From assembly GCF_006345805.1 (NCBI RefSeq), contig NC_043011.1, positions 47,132,464 to 47,196,463 on the forward strand: 64,000 nt of DNA. The letters are read 5' to 3'. Below the pieces are notes generated by a model. It saw only the letters and a list, made by a program, of their open reading frames with translations, was not told where the DNA came from and made no database searches. Within the stretch, counting starts at the first letter, position 1, and each line of letters starts with the position of its first letter. Below are positions 62,594-64,000 of the stretch, piece after piece. The position numbers were made by a program, and so were the translations under genes. The DNA comes from Octopus sinensis. Taxonomy: Eukaryota.

Positions 62594-62863
62594 TTAACCC
62601 TAATGTTACCTAGGATATGGTAACAAAAGGGTTACCCTAGAAATATGGTAACCCTTTTGTTACCATATTTCTGGTGAGATACTCTGTGTTTCTTTCAATT
62701 AATTTTAAATATAACAAAGAAATTTAGTAAAATAACTTATGTTACGAACCATAAATTGTGACTAAGGTTTGGTGGAAGATTTTAATTAAGAACTTTTGAA
62801 AATGAGACACTTGTACCATGGAGCCAGATGTGGTTTCAGGCAGGTTGGTATCAAGAGGGTTAA
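62594..62863. mobile_element. Second TTAA MITE family with snap-back-duplicated left end
   Basis: taacccttttgttacca vs right end tggtatcaagagggttaa; left TIR present forward, reverse and forward again at 62594-62671. Confidence 0.7.
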
Positions 62864-62929
62864 GATAATATCCCAGTCTATGAGAAAAAGGAGCTGAATC
62901 ACTTGCCCTTTTCTTTCTCTGTTTCATCA

Positions 62930-63120
62930 TCACCGTCATTTAACACCTGTTTCTGTGCTGGCATGGTTTGGATAGTTTCATAGGAGTTGGTAAGGCCAGG
63001 AGCCTTACCAGGTTCCAAAGTCTGTTTAGGCATGGTTTCTGAAGCCATATGCCATTCCTAATGCCAGCCATTTTACAGAATGTGTTGGGTGCTTTTTACA
63101 TGGCACTAGCACAACCGCTC
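62930..63120 (-). mobile_element. Diverged family D 3' UTR
   Basis: catcaccgtcatttaacacctgtttctgtgctggcatgg...gccattcctaatgccagcc...ggtgctttttacatggcac. Confidence 0.65.
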
Positions 63121-63684
63121 TTCATGGGCAAGCATTACCAAGGTGGGTTTAGGATACCAATTCTGTTCTATTCTGTTGTGGAGGGTGGGTCATCTTGAGT
63201 ACAGCAACTGTGCCAGATACTTTGGTCCTTTGTCATCCTCCTCATAAAGCTCAATGTTTCTGGCACAAATATGTCTTCTAACCAATCAATTTAGTTTACT
63301 AGCTATATACAACATTTGAAGATTTCAATGTGGTACTGCAATCCTGATATTCGTTCGCAGTTTCCTCCACCATTTTAATAATTTTGCCTCTCCACCGAAA
63401 ATTTGTTTACTATGCCACCACTTTGCTTGTTCTACTCCTCCAGTCACTCATTTATCTTTATCAATGAGAGAAGGTGAAAAAATGGTGGGCGTGGTGGATG
63501 AGCATACAATTCCTCAAACTGCCCTCTGTACTAGATTGGTTGTTTGTTTATTAACCTTTCAAGGTGAAAGATGGTATTGATCTCAACAAGATTTCACCTG
63601 AGAAGGTAAAACAGGTGAAATTGTAAACTCTGAAGCACCATTGGGTGGTCCATGGATTCCGACACAAACTCTCTTGTCATCTAC

Positions 63685-63717
<33 letters not shown>

Positions 63718-63834
63718 TTATATTATTTGTCACAAAGGTCTAAGATGTTGGGTATAATACAACAGTAAAATACCAAACAAAAAAAAAAAGAAACAGTTGG
63801 GGATTTACAATGATTAAAGGGCGAAATCAATAAC

Positions 63835-63873
<39 letters not shown>

Positions 63874-64000
63874 TATTATTATTATTATTATTACAACAAA
63901 ACAACAGAAAATGGATAGAAAAAACAATGTTGCCTATGGCTGATACAAATGTAGATTATACTTAGACTCTAGATGTGAAAAATATATCATGAAACAATAT

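Noticed and set aside
1-64000. The many 60-190 aa ORFs rich in YI/CV/HT, poly-L/I/M/D/H or LSLS/ERER
   Set aside because: They are translations of (TA)n, (TG)n, (TATG)n, (TAT)n, (GAT)n and (GA)n repeats, which lack stops in several frames; both strands give ORFs.

Overview
Eukaryotic, very AT-rich, microsatellite- and retroposon-dense genomic DNA. The SINE/LINE content resembles octopus (coleoid cephalopod) genomes; this is recognition from memory, not a database result. I cannot support any host protein-coding exon, intact tRNA/rRNA gene or CRISPR array. Nearly all ORFs in the track are translations of (TA)n/(CA)n/(TATG)n/(TAT)n/(GAT)n repeats or SINE bodies. Protein-coding relics, all disabled: a full-length Tc1-like element with DD36E spacing (47872-49103), an internally deleted mariner (51016-51590), the 3' part of an REL-endonuclease (R4/Dong-like) LINE (30700-31725) and RTE-like LINE 3' ends. 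The rest is several tRNA-derived SINE families (labelled A, B, C here; labels are mine), TTAA/piggyBac-type MITEs, two non-autonomous Helitron copies, a CpG-decayed tRNA-Ile pseudogene and minisatellites (96, 107 and 20 bp units). Most notable: (1) a ~235 bp foldback element, split by a 1.7 kb insertion, with a degenerate minimal type I hammerhead ribozyme between its inverted arms; (2) several inverted templated-insertion / snap-back structures, including a ~340 bp segment copied in reverse from 1.7 kb away into an RTE element; (3) head/tail shuffling among SINEs; (4) a G34 anticodon in the tRNA-Ile relic that may record inosine. Coordinates were read by eye; boundaries of old repeats are approximate (+/- 10-20 bp).
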